From: Eledone cirrhosa
Lineage: Eukaryota
Length of the DNA stretch: 64,000 nucleotides
Direction: 5' to 3'
Assembly (NCBI GenBank): GCA_964016885.1
Contig: OZ024740.1
Location: 370,636,001-370,700,000 of the forward strand
The translations under genes were made by a program, and so were the position numbers. Position 1 is the first letter of the stretch. Every line of letters begins with the position of its first letter. The notes beneath the pieces were generated by a model, which made no database searches, was not told the DNA's origin, and saw only the letters and a list, made by a program, of their open reading frames with translations. Positions 27,574-41,690 of this stretch are shown piece after piece.

Positions 27574-27666
27574 GCGCTGGCCTCGGGACCCCCCGCTGGT
27601 CCTTTAACCTTGTTCTTGTGGCGCAGCTCGATGGAGCATGCAACTATTGATATACTCTTGTTTATA

Positions 27667-27713
27667 AACTCTGATGATTCCTGCCATGGGGTATGGATGA
27701 AACACTGTTAGCT
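27667..27713 (+). ncRNA. Type I hammerhead motif, weak stem I
   Basis: aact CTGATGA ttcc tgcc atgg ggta tggat GAAA cactg TT agct AATAAA. Confidence 0.6.
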
Positions 27714-27776
27714 AATAAAACAATGTATTTCTAAGCACTCTTTGGTTATTCCTATAATTATATATGTATATATATA

Positions 27777-27839
<63 letters not shown>

Positions 27840-27885
27840 AAGTATGATAAATAAGTCAAATGTTTAAAATTTAGCTTCGTTTATT

Positions 27886-27940
27886 ACTGCTATATATATT
27901 CCGGTGACAGCCATCTTTGGCTATGACCTCTTCAGGCAGT
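27886..27940 (-). ncRNA. Hammerhead copy with GAAA>GGAA mutation (likely inactive)
   Basis: Inverse of 30703-30757 with A13G. Confidence 0.68.
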
Positions 27941-30702
27941 CCGAATTAGTGTGGTATAGACAAGTACATATGTTGTTGAGGTGTATAATTTTGTCAATAC
28001 GCTGATATGCCCAGTTCCTGGTTGGGTTGTTATTTCACTGAGGAACTGGAATCATATGAATTCAAACAAACGAATTTCAGTGTCAAAGGGCCTCTTCTCC
28101 TCTCATTGGTCAGTTGTTAGAACATTCCTCATTCAAAAGTCTATAGAAATTCGTTCTGAGGCAAGCCAATCTGTAGTTGTTGTTATTGTTATTGTTAGGT
28201 ACATCTGACCTCAATTCTTGTGTTGGTAGTCTTGTTATTGTTGAAGTTAGCTTAAAAAATTGATAAAGTGGTAGAAGGAACAAGGTGGTAAAGGAACAAA
28301 ATAAAAAAAAAATATCAAACTTCCCATTGGTCATTTTTGAGAACATTCCTCAGTCAGAAGTCTATAGAAATTCTTTCTGGGGTGAGGCTCCCTGTAGTGT
28401 TTGTGTTTGCTATTGTTAAGTATATTTGACCTCCACCCTTATTTCGGTAGTGTTGTTGGTGTTGTGGTCAGCTTATGTCTTGCTGCTGCTAACAATTTAG
28501 AAGTATCTGTGTGTTTTTTCATCCCTCCTGCCACCATCTCCCGTGGTGGTGTGGGGGGGGGGGGGGCGTTTCTTCCATGTATATGAAGAAATATAAGGTA
28601 ATAAATGAAGAAAACAGAAAATAAATAATAAATAGAGAATAAAGAATAAATGAAAAATTGGTGAAAAAGTAATGAAAATGAATATGGAGAAGTGAAAAAT
28701 AAAATGAAGATTCAAATAAAGTAGGATAAAGTGTGTGTGTGCTATAACTAATCTCAAGGTCAGAAATATGTTGGATAGATTGGTATGCGTAACAAGATGT
28801 TAAAATAATAAAAGAATAAGAGAATCAAACAAAATGTGTTTGTGTTATAATCAATCTCAACTTAAAAATAAATATAAGGTGATACATTGAAGAGAACAGA
28901 AAACAAATAACAAATTAATAAAGAGAAATCAAGATTTAAAATTGAAAGTTGAAAATCAGAAATCAAGTAAATTAAAATGTGTTTGTGTTATATAGATGTT
29001 GGCCAAATTATAATGGCTGTGTCCGATTCAATCTCTAGGCTATCATGGTGTCTGCTCAGCCTGGGTTGTTCCCTATGGCTTGAGGGGAGTTCTCAACCTA
29101 GGATGTTCTTACTGCCCATATAGCTTGAGGGAGGTCTGGCCGAGAGCTATCTACATGTTCTGGATAAGTCCCTATAGCTTGAGGGGAGTTCACATCTTCT
29201 TGTGTTGCTACTGTCCATATATATCTTGAGGAAGGTCCCGGCTCTAAGGTGTCTGCATGTCACGAAGAAGTCGGTTCTGAGGTTTATCAGGCCACTTCCA
29301 CCTCTTAGTATCTCGAGGGTCTCGTTCAGGCATAGTTTGCATATGCAAGATACCCCTCCTTTATCGGGTGGTACTTTCCTGATTATGTACCAGGCCAGAG
29401 AGTACGGGGTCCTGTCCAGCTTAAGCTTCCAGATCAGGTCGGAGAGAGCCGTGCTTTTCCTTTTGGCCTCCTTATTGAATGAATGGCGATGGTTGTACCA
29501 GCGGTCTTTAAAGCTCGTTGATGTGGCTCCTATGTAGAGGTGTTCTGAGTTGGGGGTTTTAACCCTACAACCGTATACTAGGTTCTTCTTAAGGCATTCA
29601 TTACCAAGGGGGCATGATTCGGGTTTCTGCAGTTGCAGAGGGTGGTCGACCTCTGCGTGCCTAGATTTGGGTTCCGTTAGGTGTTACATGGTGGTCTTCC
29701 CCCAGGCACGGTGGGGGCTCCCCGGGTCTGTTCGGGTTTCTTGGGTGGGCTCTGGGTCCCCCCTTCCCTCCTTTCACGTGGTTCTGCTGAGTGCTTGTAT
29801 TGCCATCTTCTGGTTGTGTGTGGTTTTTAAGCCTACTCCTGTTGATGCTAGCTATGTGTTGGGCCAGATTTCTCGTGGTGGAATACAAGAGCTTTACAGT
29901 GTGTCTGTTGAAGATCCTGTGGTATATATGGTCTCTCGGGAAGCATGTATCAAGTGCTCCAAAGAATGATCGGCCAAGCTGTTCTTTAGGGCCGCTGAGT
30001 AGGGTGAGTAGCCCAAAGGGGAAGCAACAGTGCGGGAACCACCAGCAACCCAACAAATCTCCAAATAATCACGACGCCCCCGACCCACACATATAGGAGG
30101 AGACACAGAAAAATCACGTGGTACAGAAAAAATACACAGATACTTCTAAATTGTCAGCAGCAGCAAGACATAAGCTGACCACAACACCAACAACACTACC
30201 GAAATAAGGGTGGAGGTCAAATGTACTTAACAATAGCAAACACAAACACTAAAGGGAGCCTCACCCCAGAAAGAATTTCTATAGACTTCTGACTGAGGAA
30301 TGCTCTCAAAACTGACCAATGGGAAGTTTGACATTTTTTTTTTATTTTGTTCCTTTACCACCTTGTTCCTTCTACCACTTTATCAATTTTTTAAGCTAAC
30401 TCCAACAATAACAAGACTACCAACACAAGAATTGAGGTCAGATGTACCTAACAATAACAATAACAACAACTACAGATTGGCTTGCCTCAGAACGAATTTC
30501 TATAGACTTTTGAATGAGAAATGTTCTAACAACTGACCAATGAGAAGAGAAGAGGCCCTTTGACACTGAAATTCGTTTGTTTGAATTCATGATTCCAGTT
30601 CCTCAGTGAAATAACAACCCAACCAGGAACTGGACATATCAGAGCATTGACAAAATTATACACCTCAACAACATATGTACTTTCTATACCACACTAATTC
30701 GG

Positions 30703-30757
30703 ACTGCCTGAAGAGGTCACAGCCAAAGATGGTTGTCACCGAAATATATATAGCAGT
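30703..30757 (+). ncRNA. Type I hammerhead ribozyme
   Basis: actgc CTGAAGA ggt c acagcc aaagat ggttgt c acc GAAA tatata TA gcagt AATAAA. Confidence 0.85.
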
Positions 30758-30899
30758 AATAAACGAAGCTAAATTTTAAACATTTGACTTTTTATTTTAC
30801 TTTATTTTACATTACTCCGGAGTAACCAAACTAACCTGCGCACCTCGTCGAGTGCTCCAGCCTGCATACTGAGGTGTTGGTATACAACCAACATATACT

Positions 30900-31546
<647 letters not shown>

Positions 31547-32686
31547 TGCTTATGCATCTCTGTATACCTATCAATTTTTTTGAGAGAAGCAATTTTCTTG
31601 TCAATGAACTATTGTTACCATAATTCTTTTCCCAACCCCAATACATTAACACATCTAATTTAAATTTTAAAATAATTGAATTGGTTATTGGCTATTTCCA
31701 ATAACCTATATTTATAACGTCTTTATTCTTTGTTTTCATTTATCTAACTGCACCTCTTAAAAAGTTTGAAAGGTTTCCATCCCAATGCAAATGACTATAA
31801 TAATAGTCGATCGCTATTAATAATATTTGAGAAAATCGGGTTAAGTAACTTTGGAAACGGAAAAAGTTGGCAGAAATGCTCTCTATTCACGTTTTTTTCT
31901 CCGTCTCAAAGCTACTTTATCCGATTTTTTCAATCATTTCCTAATATATAACACCCATGTGTATATGTCCGTCACACAGTAGTGTCGACAGAGGAAGGAA
32001 GGGGTGATTACGTCGATTGACGAAGGAAGGGGTGTCTAATACGCACACATCTATGTGATGACTGAAAAAAGAAGGGGTGATAAACTATAGGAGTCCAGCG
32101 TTCTAAGATTCGTCACAGCTATGTTTGTATGTGTTACACTTGTATGAGAGAGCGCGAAGGAACTAACCAACAAACAAACATTTATTTTTTATTATACATA
32201 TAGATATTACAATTAGCCGTCACTTTTGAAGGCACTGGGCCAGATAGTTATCTATAATGATCAACTATTATTATAGACGTGGATTGGCAGTGTCGGTAGA
32301 GGGTCTACCGCCATGCTTTGCAGCATAGAGTTACGGCCCTTTATGGTCTGAGTTCAAATCCCGCCGAGATTAACTTTACCTTTCATCCTTACGGGGCCGA
32401 TAAAATAAAGTACCAGTAATACACTGAGATAATTGCTGGCCTTGTGCCAAAAGTATAAATAATTATTATGGACATTTACGTTGGGATGCGCACATTTCAA
32501 GTTTCAAATTTCCCCAATGCTTCCTAACTCAACCATGTTGTTTCCGCCTCGTATTTATTATTTATTTATTGCCTAATATGGTAATGCTCCTCGTATATGC
32601 TTAGAGTCATTAATGTTTTTTATACTGTTTTTTGGTCGTGTTGCTACCTATGGTACATTTCTTGCTATCGATTTGGTAGTTTAATG

Positions 32687-35600
32687 CAGTGGTCGCCAAC
32701 ATGGGTTCCGCGGAACCTTGGGGTTCCGTAAAACAAACTCCGAGTTCCTTAAAAAAATAAATATTTACATTACCATTAATATTTTGGGTTTTCTGAAAAA
32801 AGTGCAAAGAAAATGCCAGAGGTGCAATGTATAAATGAACAAGTACTATTGTAGTGTACACAGGTTCTCCACTCCAATTCGTGGAAAACACTACTTTCAT
32901 TTTATTACTTGAATTAGCAGAAAAACACTGTTCTGAGATTCGTGAAAATTGAATACTTTCAATTTCACATCTATTCTTGGAAAGACAAAGTTTTCTGAAT
33001 TCCGAGAATTTGACTACTACTCATAATACACTAATTGAACTTAGAAATAGACCAATCACGAACAAGTAAATGTTGGTCGATAACAGCATAACTTTAAACT
33101 GAAAACTTCAGTTCAGCGAGGTCTTTCAGCCGAGAGACAGGGTCAGTTCGCTGTTCTCACAACGTAAGTTCAGTAGAATGTTTTCAATAGAGAACACGTT
33201 TTAATCTGCTGTCCTCACAAAAGCTTTAAAGTCGCCTAAAGTTTCCTCACATAGTGAACTCGCTTACTAGTCGTTTTCAACATTCATCCAGTTCTACAGA
33301 CAATTCTAAATAAGAACACGTTACATTCTGTTGTACTTGCACAGAAAATATAACGCCTGTAAAGTTTCGACTACTAACAAAGGTAATTTTGTATTCCATG
33401 CATACACTATAAACTTTGCCACACAATTATGTATTCATTTGATGACATCTGCATTCACAATTGAGAAATTACTTTATACAATAAATATATATGTCCACAA
33501 ACATTTGACTAAACTTTATTTGTTCCAATCTAATATATGTTTAACGCAGCCTAAAGCCTTCTTATATTATATCTAACTTTGAAGGTTGACTTTGCCTTTC
33601 ATCCTTACGAGGTCGATAAAATAAATTACCAGTAATGCACTGGGTAATTGCTGGCCTTGTGCCTAAAGTAGAAACAATTATATCTAACTTTGAGTCAAAA
33701 TAGAATATATCTGAATTAATTTCCAATACCATCGTCACATCTTCTACACTATCAGCTGATTTGCATTTTTTTGCACCTTTTAGTATGGCGGATATTTAAA
33801 TATATTTACATTACCAATAATATTTAATACGACCCTAAAGTAGTATATGCAGGAAGTGCTGGACTCTGAAAAAGATTTCTTCTAGTTGTTTATAAATTTG
33901 CACCTTTTTCAGTAACCCCTAATATTTTAATATTATTATAAGACTTTAAATAATATGTTTGCCATCCTAAAATGGAGAAATTTCAATTTTTAAAAATTAA
34001 AATTCTTTTTTAACTAGTTAAGTTTTTCCAAATATCTAAAATTAAAGTTAATTTAAGTGCTTTTTGTAATAAAAAAAACTTAATTTCTCTTGTTTATTAA
34101 TGTCATATTAAAAATATTAACTGTAGATAAATAACCTTGATATGATGTCTACTGCAAAGAAGGTTAGACAGTGGTGTGATGATTATGTTAGATATTGATT
34201 TCAAAAAGCTGACACTATAAAAGATACAACAGATCAGCCCATGTGTTTGCTATGTTCAAAAGTTCTATCAAATAGCTGTTTAAATCCTGCAAAACTTAAA
34301 AGACACCTTGATACTAATCACACCAATGATAAAAGCAAGTCACTGAAATACTTTACTTCGCTGAAAAACAACATCAAAAAATCACAAGCTAATATGTATG
34401 ACTTGTTTTGTAAAAAGTCAGATAGAAATAAAGCTTTAACAAGAACATCTTTTGAAATTTCACATTTGATTGGTAAAAACAAGAAACCATTTACATTAGG
34501 AGAACAGTTAATTCTGCCAAGTATAAAAATTGCTACAGAGAATCTTTTTGAAAGCTGCAGTATTAAGGACAAAGAAAAATTAAGCCAGTTACCATTGTCA
34601 GCAAATACCGTAAAAAGAAGGATAATTGATATTTCTTCTGATATAGAAAATCAGATACTAACTGCACTAAAGAAAAGCACATGTTTTGGTCTGCAAGTGG
34701 ACGAAACTACGGATATTAATAACAAGGCTCAATTAATTTGCTATGTACGGTTTGTAGACCTTGATAAAAAAGAATTAGTAGAAGAGTATTTGTTTTGTCT
34801 GGTATTAGACATCACAACTAAAGGTCAAGATATATTCAATAAAATTGAAGAGTATTTAAAAAGAATGGTGTATCTTGGAGCAAGTTGACTTCAATAACAA
34901 CAGATGGAGCAGCTGCAATGACTGGTAAAAATTCTGGTTTAATTGCAAAAATTAAAGAACAGACCCCAATTGTATTTCAAATCATTGTATGATTCATTGA
35001 GAGGTTTTGTGTTCAAAAAAATTCAAAGACAGAGATGCTCAAATATTAAATGACCAGCTGAAAGACATTGTCAACATTATCAATTTGATCCATGCAAGAG
35101 CAAAAAATTCTAGAATGTTTGAATCTATTTGTGAATATTCTGGAAGTAATTATAATAGATTGTTATTGAACAATGATGTGCGTTGGCTGTCTTTTGGGGA
35201 TGCTATGAAGAGAGTTTTTGAACTGAGAGAAGAAATAATAGTTTTTCTAAAAAAACAGAATGATGAAAGAGCAAGTGTATTAGAAACCAATGAATGAAAT
35301 GTGCAACTCGCTTATTTAGTAGACATTTTTGGTGAACTGAACAAACTAAATAAGTGTCTTCAGGGTAACAATGCAGATATTTTTACTTCAATCAATTTTA
35401 TTACATATTTTCAATCAAAATTAAACATCTTTATAAAAAGAATTGAATCGGACAATTACTCATTACTTTCAAACCTTGAAATAGAGCTTAAAAAGAGAGA
35501 AGATTTTGACTCCAGCAATCTAAAGAAGATTATTCTTTCTCATTTAAATGTGCTTTCCACAAGTTTTTCAGATTATTTTGACTTCATGGAAAAAGATATT

Positions 35601-36164
35601 GTTAGCGGAAATTTATGGATAAAAAACCCGTTCACCGAGATCGAGCAGTTAGTGTCAGAAAATGACGCTGGAAATTGTAAAAATTTAGTACCTGCACAAT
35701 GCTTACATCAGTTGATGGATTTGAATTCAAACGAAGACCTAAAAGTGATATTCGAAAGCAGAAAGAAAGAACTATGGATCGACTTATTCTTGATTGGGTA
35801 GTTTAATGAAATCAGCCAACTTGCATTGAAATATTTGACTTTATTCCCATCTAGCTACTTGTGCGAAGGGTTTTCGCAGTTGGTAGAAATCTGCACAAAA
35901 AAGATGAATAAACTGCCAGCAATTGACGAGTGTATGAGACTGGCATTAACTAGTGTTGAACCTCGATTTTCTAAACTCACTGATGAGGCGCAGCAGCAGA
36001 AAAGCCACTAGTTAATTGTGTTCGATTACATACACACGCATGAAACACTAAAATAAATAAATACTTTATTTTTTTTTTTTGAAAAGTTTTGTATTGTATA
36101 GGTTCCGTGAAGAATTCAAAATATTTAGAGGGTTCCTCGGTTTTAGAAAGGTTGGCGACCACTG
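32687..36164 (+). mobile_element. Full-length hAT DNA transposon (Buster/Charlie type)
   Basis: 14-bp perfect TIR CAGTGGTCGCCAAC (32687-32700 / 36151-36164); 8-bp TSD GTTTAATG (32679-32686, 36165-36172) with central TA. Confidence 0.96.
34142..36011 (+). pseudogene. hAT transposase (BED finger, DDE, dimerisation domain) with stops and frameshifts
   Basis: PMCLLCSKVLSNSCLNPAKLKRHLDTNH, LQVDETTD, ITTDGAAAM, VRWLS, LAYLVDIF, FPSSYLCEGFS, QQQKSH*. Confidence 0.95.
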
Positions 36165-36790
36165 GTTTAATGTTTCATGTATATATATGATGTGTTGTTT
36201 CCTTGAGGTATATATATATGATCTGTTGTTTTCTTGAGCAAGACACTTTATTTCACATTGCTCCAGTTTACTCAGCTGTAGAAATGAGATGATAGGGACT
36301 GGGGTCCATATCATTCCACTGCAAAGTGGTCGTGCAGGTGCCACGGCAAAAAAGCACCCAGCACTCACTGTAAATGAGGTTGGTGTTAGGAAGGGCATCC
36401 AGCTGTAGAAACCAAGCCAAAATCAGTTCCCGACCCACCCTTGCAAGTAAGGAAAAAGCGGACGTAAAAATGAAATGATGATGAATGATGATATATATAT
36501 ATATAACGATGGAAATGTGGTAAGGAACCAGATGGATTATAACGCAAGCCGTCGATACGGCTTGAGCTCTGCCGTCGGGGTTAAACATTTTCCTATATAT
36601 ACATATATATATATATATATATGCTTATCCCAATCGGGGGTAACCACAAAAAGTAAGGTACTCAATACATAGCAGAGTATAAATATTTAATATATAAATG
36701 GCTTCTACAGGACTAGAACTGTTTCAATCGGGAGAAATCATCAGGATCCCGAATTAAACAGTTCTAGTCCTGTAGAAGCCATTTCTATTT

Positions 36791-36858
<68 letters not shown>

Positions 36859-36898
36859 TATAAGTATTAATAAAATAGATGTTCTTTTGATCAATTGC

Positions 36899-36951
36899 AT
36901 TTTATTATACATATTTCGGATGTACAACAGTACGTCCTCATCAGACAAAAT
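36899..36951 (-). ncRNA. Type I hammerhead ribozyme
   Basis: attttgt CTGATGA ggacgtac tgtt gtacatcc GAAA tatgta TA ataaaat. Confidence 0.83.
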
Positions 36952-37943
36952 ATAATGATACATGACATACCCTGAGATGTTAAATGGTTAAGATTTAATC
37001 AAGGTAGTGATTACCCGATAGAAAATTTTACTTATATAATATCTGTGTGAAAGTGCGAAAACGTAATGAATTCATTAGAGAATGTGTGAGTAAGAAAAAA
37101 CGTTGCATATTGTAAGTGTTCTAAAATTTTAAATTGTATGATACTACAATATATCTAGGGAAACGTCTCATGACTCATAACAGCCAGTGATAGCCACTGG
37201 AAAAAGATTTATAAGAAGGGAAAGATAAAGTGTGTGGGAGGGGGGTCGAAAGTTAAACGGTTAGATTTGAAAATATTTAATTTATAATATTAAGGTGAAG
37301 ACTCCAGATTTCAGGATTATTTATATATTATTTATATAAATTCGATAAGTGTATTAGTGTTATCATTTCTAAACTTCTGAATTGTGAGAATAACATTTTA
37401 AAGGATTTAGCTGGCACATAAAGAATGAAATATTATACTGTTGATTAATTACCTAAATCTAAACTTTAACAAATATCCCAAGATATTAGGTATGTAAAGC
37501 TTTTGAAGTACTTATTGTTATAAATATTTGAATAACTATTATGTATATAGGTATATATTAATGAGTCAGTATGTTTAAGGTAAATAATACCGACGAAGAT
37601 AAAAATAAAATAAAATAATATGTTACGGATAAATTTATACATATGTATAATTGGGTGTAAATGTACTAATTATTCTTCAACCAAGATATCAACATATTAT
37701 TAGATATAGGGATGTATATATATAGATATATATTAGGTATTATTAATGTAGTATACTTTAGGTAAATGATAACAGTTATACTCTTAACAACATGTTACAT
37801 TTAAATATATATATATATGAAGACAAACATAGAATATTCGAAAATATTCTGTATGTTTATAATAAACATTTTGAAGACCCAATCGCTATAGAATAGAATA
37901 CGTCACGTATTACAATTTGAGATTCTCGATAAAAGCAAGGGAA

Positions 37944-37986
37944 GTAACCTACGCGTTTCATTCTTATTAGAAATCATCAGGATTAC
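37944..37986 (-). ncRNA. Hammerhead in the inverted unit
   Basis: Reverse complement of 38210-38252. Confidence 0.85.
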
Positions 37987-38209
37987 ATATCCAATGCTTT
38001 TATCGAGAACGACACAGCTAGAGACTTATAGAATACTTAGCTGTGTACAGGAACTGTTTGTCTTCACATATATATCGCTATTTCAGAGCATTAAATCCAA
38101 ATTCTAATTTCTGCCGGACCGGCTACCGCTCTTTCAAACCAGTTCCTGTACACAGCTAAGTATTCTATAAGTCTCTAGCTGTGACGTTCTCGATAAAAGC
38201 ATTGGATAT

Positions 38210-38252
38210 GTAATCCTGATGATTTCTAATAAGAATGAAACGCGTAGGTTAC
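38210..38252 (+). ncRNA. Minimal type I hammerhead, unit 1
   Basis: gtaatc CTGATGA t ttct aata agaa t GAAA cgcg TA ggttac; stem I is extended by a 15-bp helix 38187-38201/38259-38273. Confidence 0.88.
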
Positions 38253-38521
38253 TTCCCTTGCTTTTATCGAGAATCTCAAATTGTAATACGTGACGTATTC
38301 TATTCTATAGCGATTGGGTCTTCAAAATGTTTATTATAAACATACAGAATATTTTCGAATATTCTATGTTTGTCTTCACATATATATCGCTATTTCAGAG
38401 CATTAAATCCAAATTCTAATTTCTGCCGGACCGGCTACCGCTCTTTCAAACCAGTTCCTGTACACAGCTAAGTATTCTATAAGTCTCTAGCTGTGTCGTT
38501 CTCGATAAAAGCATTGGATAT

Positions 38522-38564
38522 GTAATCCTGATGATTTCTAATAAGAATGAAACGCGTAGGTTAC
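38522..38564 (+). ncRNA. Minimal type I hammerhead, unit 2
   Basis: Identical motif 312 bp downstream. Confidence 0.88.
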
Positions 38565-38833
38565 TTCACTTGCTTTTATCGAGAATCTCAAATTGTAATA
38601 CGTGACGTATTCTATTCTATAGCGATTGGGTCTTCAAAATGTTTATTATAAACATACAGAATATTTTCGAATATTCTATGTTTGTCTTCACATATATATC
38701 GCTATTTCAGAGCATTAAATCCAAATTCTAATTTCTGCCGGACCGGCTACCGCTCTTTCAAACCAGTTCCTGTACACAGCTAAGTATTCTATAAGTCTCT
38801 AGCTGTGTCGTTCTCGATAAAAGCATTGGATAT

Positions 38834-38876
38834 GTAATCCTGATGATTTCTAATAAGAATGAAACGCGTAGGTTAC
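38834..38876 (+). ncRNA. Minimal type I hammerhead, unit 3
   Basis: Identical motif a further 312 bp downstream. Confidence 0.88.
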
Positions 38877-39040
38877 TTCCCTTGCTTTTATCGAGAATCT
38901 CAAATTGTAATACGTGACGTATTCTATTCTATAGCGATTGGGTCTTCAAAATGTTTATTATAAACATACAGAATATTTTCGAATATTCTATGTTTGTCTT
39001 CACATATATATCGCTATTTCAGAGCATTAAATCCAAATTC

Positions 39041-39072
<32 letters not shown>

Positions 39073-39350
39073 AAAAACAAACAATGAGTGCATCTATAAT
39101 ATAAAGTTCAAAATAATGTCTATAATAATTTTTAGTTTGGATATTTTCTCTATATTTGAATCATGTATATAGAAGTATGGTAGGTATATTTAAAAATATT
39201 TAAAAATACATAAAATACAATATATAACTACATATATATTATAATACATGAGTGCTTCCAACATATATATTATATATTATAATACATGGGTGCTTCCAGT
39301 CTACTGTAAAACTCATTCTTTGACATAATCATCGAATATTGTTTAACAAC

Positions 39351-39387
<37 letters not shown>

Positions 39388-39389
<2 letters not shown>

Positions 39390-40244
39390 AAAAAAGGTGA
39401 AATCGAAAATGCAACTGGACTCTTTTTTTTTTTAAATATATATTTATTTGTTTCCGTTACCGGTTTCGCATTTCTTCTGCTTTTGAAAAGTAGAATTGAG
39501 ATGGAGGGTTTGTGATTTTTCTCACATCTGGTTTGTCTTTGAATGTTACTTCTGTTTTATATGGAAAAAGGTGGCTCGAAATGCTAGGTTTTTAGAGAAG
39601 TAATTTGGTTGGTTGGTAAATAAGTATAATAAATTTCGCGCCAGTTCGCGTTACAAAATTCTTATTATATTTGCCTTCAAAAAAAAGGGGAGCTCAGGTT
39701 GTTTTTTCATATATGAGTGAAGTTTGTTTGGTTGATGCAAGTCACGTGAATAAGCACATCAGCTTTCGCGCCAGTTTGTGTTTGGATTTTTTTTTACTTA
39801 AAAAAATGTGGCTCACGAAGGCTTTTTTTTATAAATGTAATATGATTGTCACGTGAACAAGTACATTAAATTTCGCGCCCGTATTTTGGAATTTTTTTTT
39901 TAGCCATTTACACAATTTTGTGCCAAACAAAAGATAATGGTCAAGAAAAAGGAATGGAGAGAGTTGTTCTGAGTATGACTGATTGGCTGAAATGTAATTT
40001 GATTGGTTAGAAATGAAATTATGACTGTCACGTGAACAAGTACATTAAATTTCGCACCCGCATTTGAGAATTTATTTTGTAGCCTTTTAGAGAATGTTGT
40101 GCCAAACAAAAGATAATGGTCAAGAAAAACGGGATGGGGAGAATTGTTCTGGTTCAGTGAATATGGCTGGTGTGCTGGGGTGTCAAAATTCAGACTTTCT
40201 ATTGAAATAAAGAAAGTAGAGATATGCATGTTTATTTGTGGGCT

Positions 40245-40297
<53 letters not shown>

Positions 40298-40660
40298 GAA
40301 GATGATTCTATTAGTAGAAATGGGGGAGGGAGTTGTGTGCGTGTGTGTATACGGGTGTTATGTGTGTGTGGGAGTATAGTTAGCATGTTAAGATGGAGAG
40401 AATATATATATTTTGTGTATGTATGTAGGAAAATTATTCCGTTAGTAGAAATGGGGGAGGGAGTTATGTGTGGGGCGGGGGGTTGCGTGTTAAGGAGTAT
40501 TAATGTATGTTAAGGTTTATTTAGTTCTGGTTTTTATTTTCTAAAATAGAAAGTGTTATGTGTGTGTGTATGTATGTGTCTGTTTGGATGGTTAGCGTGT
40601 TATGGTGTTGACATAATGTATATTAAACTATATTTAATGCTGGTCTATATTTTTGAATAA
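39388..40660 (-). mobile_element. Non-coding 3' region of the 13141-14830 PLE family, with decayed HHR at 39454-39491
   Basis: 39388-39525 aligns inversely to about 14625-14765; internal repeats containing GTCACGTGAA...TTTCGCGCC. Confidence 0.65.
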
Positions 40661-40719
40661 ACATATTATATACATATATATATGTATATATATATGTATA
40701 TATATATTTTTTTTTTTTT

Positions 40720-41690
40720 AGTATATGTTGGTTGTTTACCGATACCTCAGTAAGCAGATTGGAGTACTCGACGAAGTACGCAGGTTGGTTTGGTTACTCC
40801 GGAGTAATGTAAAATAAAATAAATAAGTCAAATATTTAAAATTTGGCATCGTTTATTACTGCTATATTTATTTCGGTGACAGCCATCTTTGGCTGTGACC
40901 TCTTCAGGCAGTCCGAATTGGTGTGGTAGAGACGGGTACACATGTTGTTGAGGTGTTTAACTTCGTCAATACTCTGATATGCCCAGTTCCTGGTTGGGTT
41001 GTTATTTCTCTGAGGAACTGGAATCATATGAATTCGAACAAACGAATTTCAGCGTCAAAGGACACCCTCTCCTCCCATTGGTCAGTTGTGAGAACATTCC
41101 TCAGTCAAAAGTCTATAGAAATTCATTCTGAGGCGAGGCAATCTGTAGTGGTTGTTTTTGTTATTGTTAAGTACATCTGACCTCTTTCCTTATGTTGGTA
41201 GTGGTGTTGGTGTTGAGGTCAGCTTAAGTCCGGCTGTTCCTATTTTTAGAAGAACTTGTGTGTGTGCTGGCATCTATCCTGCCACCATTTCTCGTGGTGG
41301 TGGTGGGGGTTGTGCCAAGCAAATAAAGAAATAAGATACAGTAAAATTGGGGAAATAAAAGGCAATAAAATGAAGAAAATAAAAAATAGAAAAATGAAGA
41401 GAAAAATAAAGAGAAAAATAAAATGAAATGAAAAGGTAAAAGACTAAAACATAAGAATAAAATGAAGAAATAAAAAAATAAAATAAGATAAAATAAAATA
41501 AGCAAATAAATAAACAAAAAAATGATAAAATAGTAAAAGGAATAAGATAATAAAAGAATAAAATAAGATAATCAAATAAAATGCGTGTGTGTTATAACCA
41601 ATCTCAAAGTTAGAAAGATTTGGAAGATATTGACAGAAGTAAAAAGGCTGTGTCAGAATCAATCTTTACACTATCATGGTGTAGTGTGTT
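40720..41690 (-). mobile_element. Solo pseudo-LTR of the 27853-30900 PLE family with intact-core HHR at 40858-40912
   Basis: Aligns to about 27850-28800; actgc CTGAAGA ggtcacagcc aaagat ggctgtcacc GAAA taaata TA gcagt AATAAA. Confidence 0.85.

Larger units (their letters stand above)
37810..39040 (+). repeat. 312-bp HHR-containing tandem array (about 3.2 units) with a leading inverted partial unit; retrozyme-like
   Basis: Units start at 38055, 38367, 38679 and 38991; about 37810-38056 is an inverted partial unit; (TA)n on both flanks; no credible ORF. Confidence 0.93.

Noticed and set aside
27246-27711. ORFs spanning the X runs
   Set aside because: Artefacts of the 200-N gap; adjacency across the gap is uncertain.
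35978-36013. CTGATGA...GAAA at the end of the hAT transposase
   Set aside because: No helices I-III; coding coincidence.
38055-39040. CRISPR-like or ordinary satellite reading of the tandem array
   Set aside because: No unique spacers and no cas genes; whole units are identical, few in number, and each carries an HHR.
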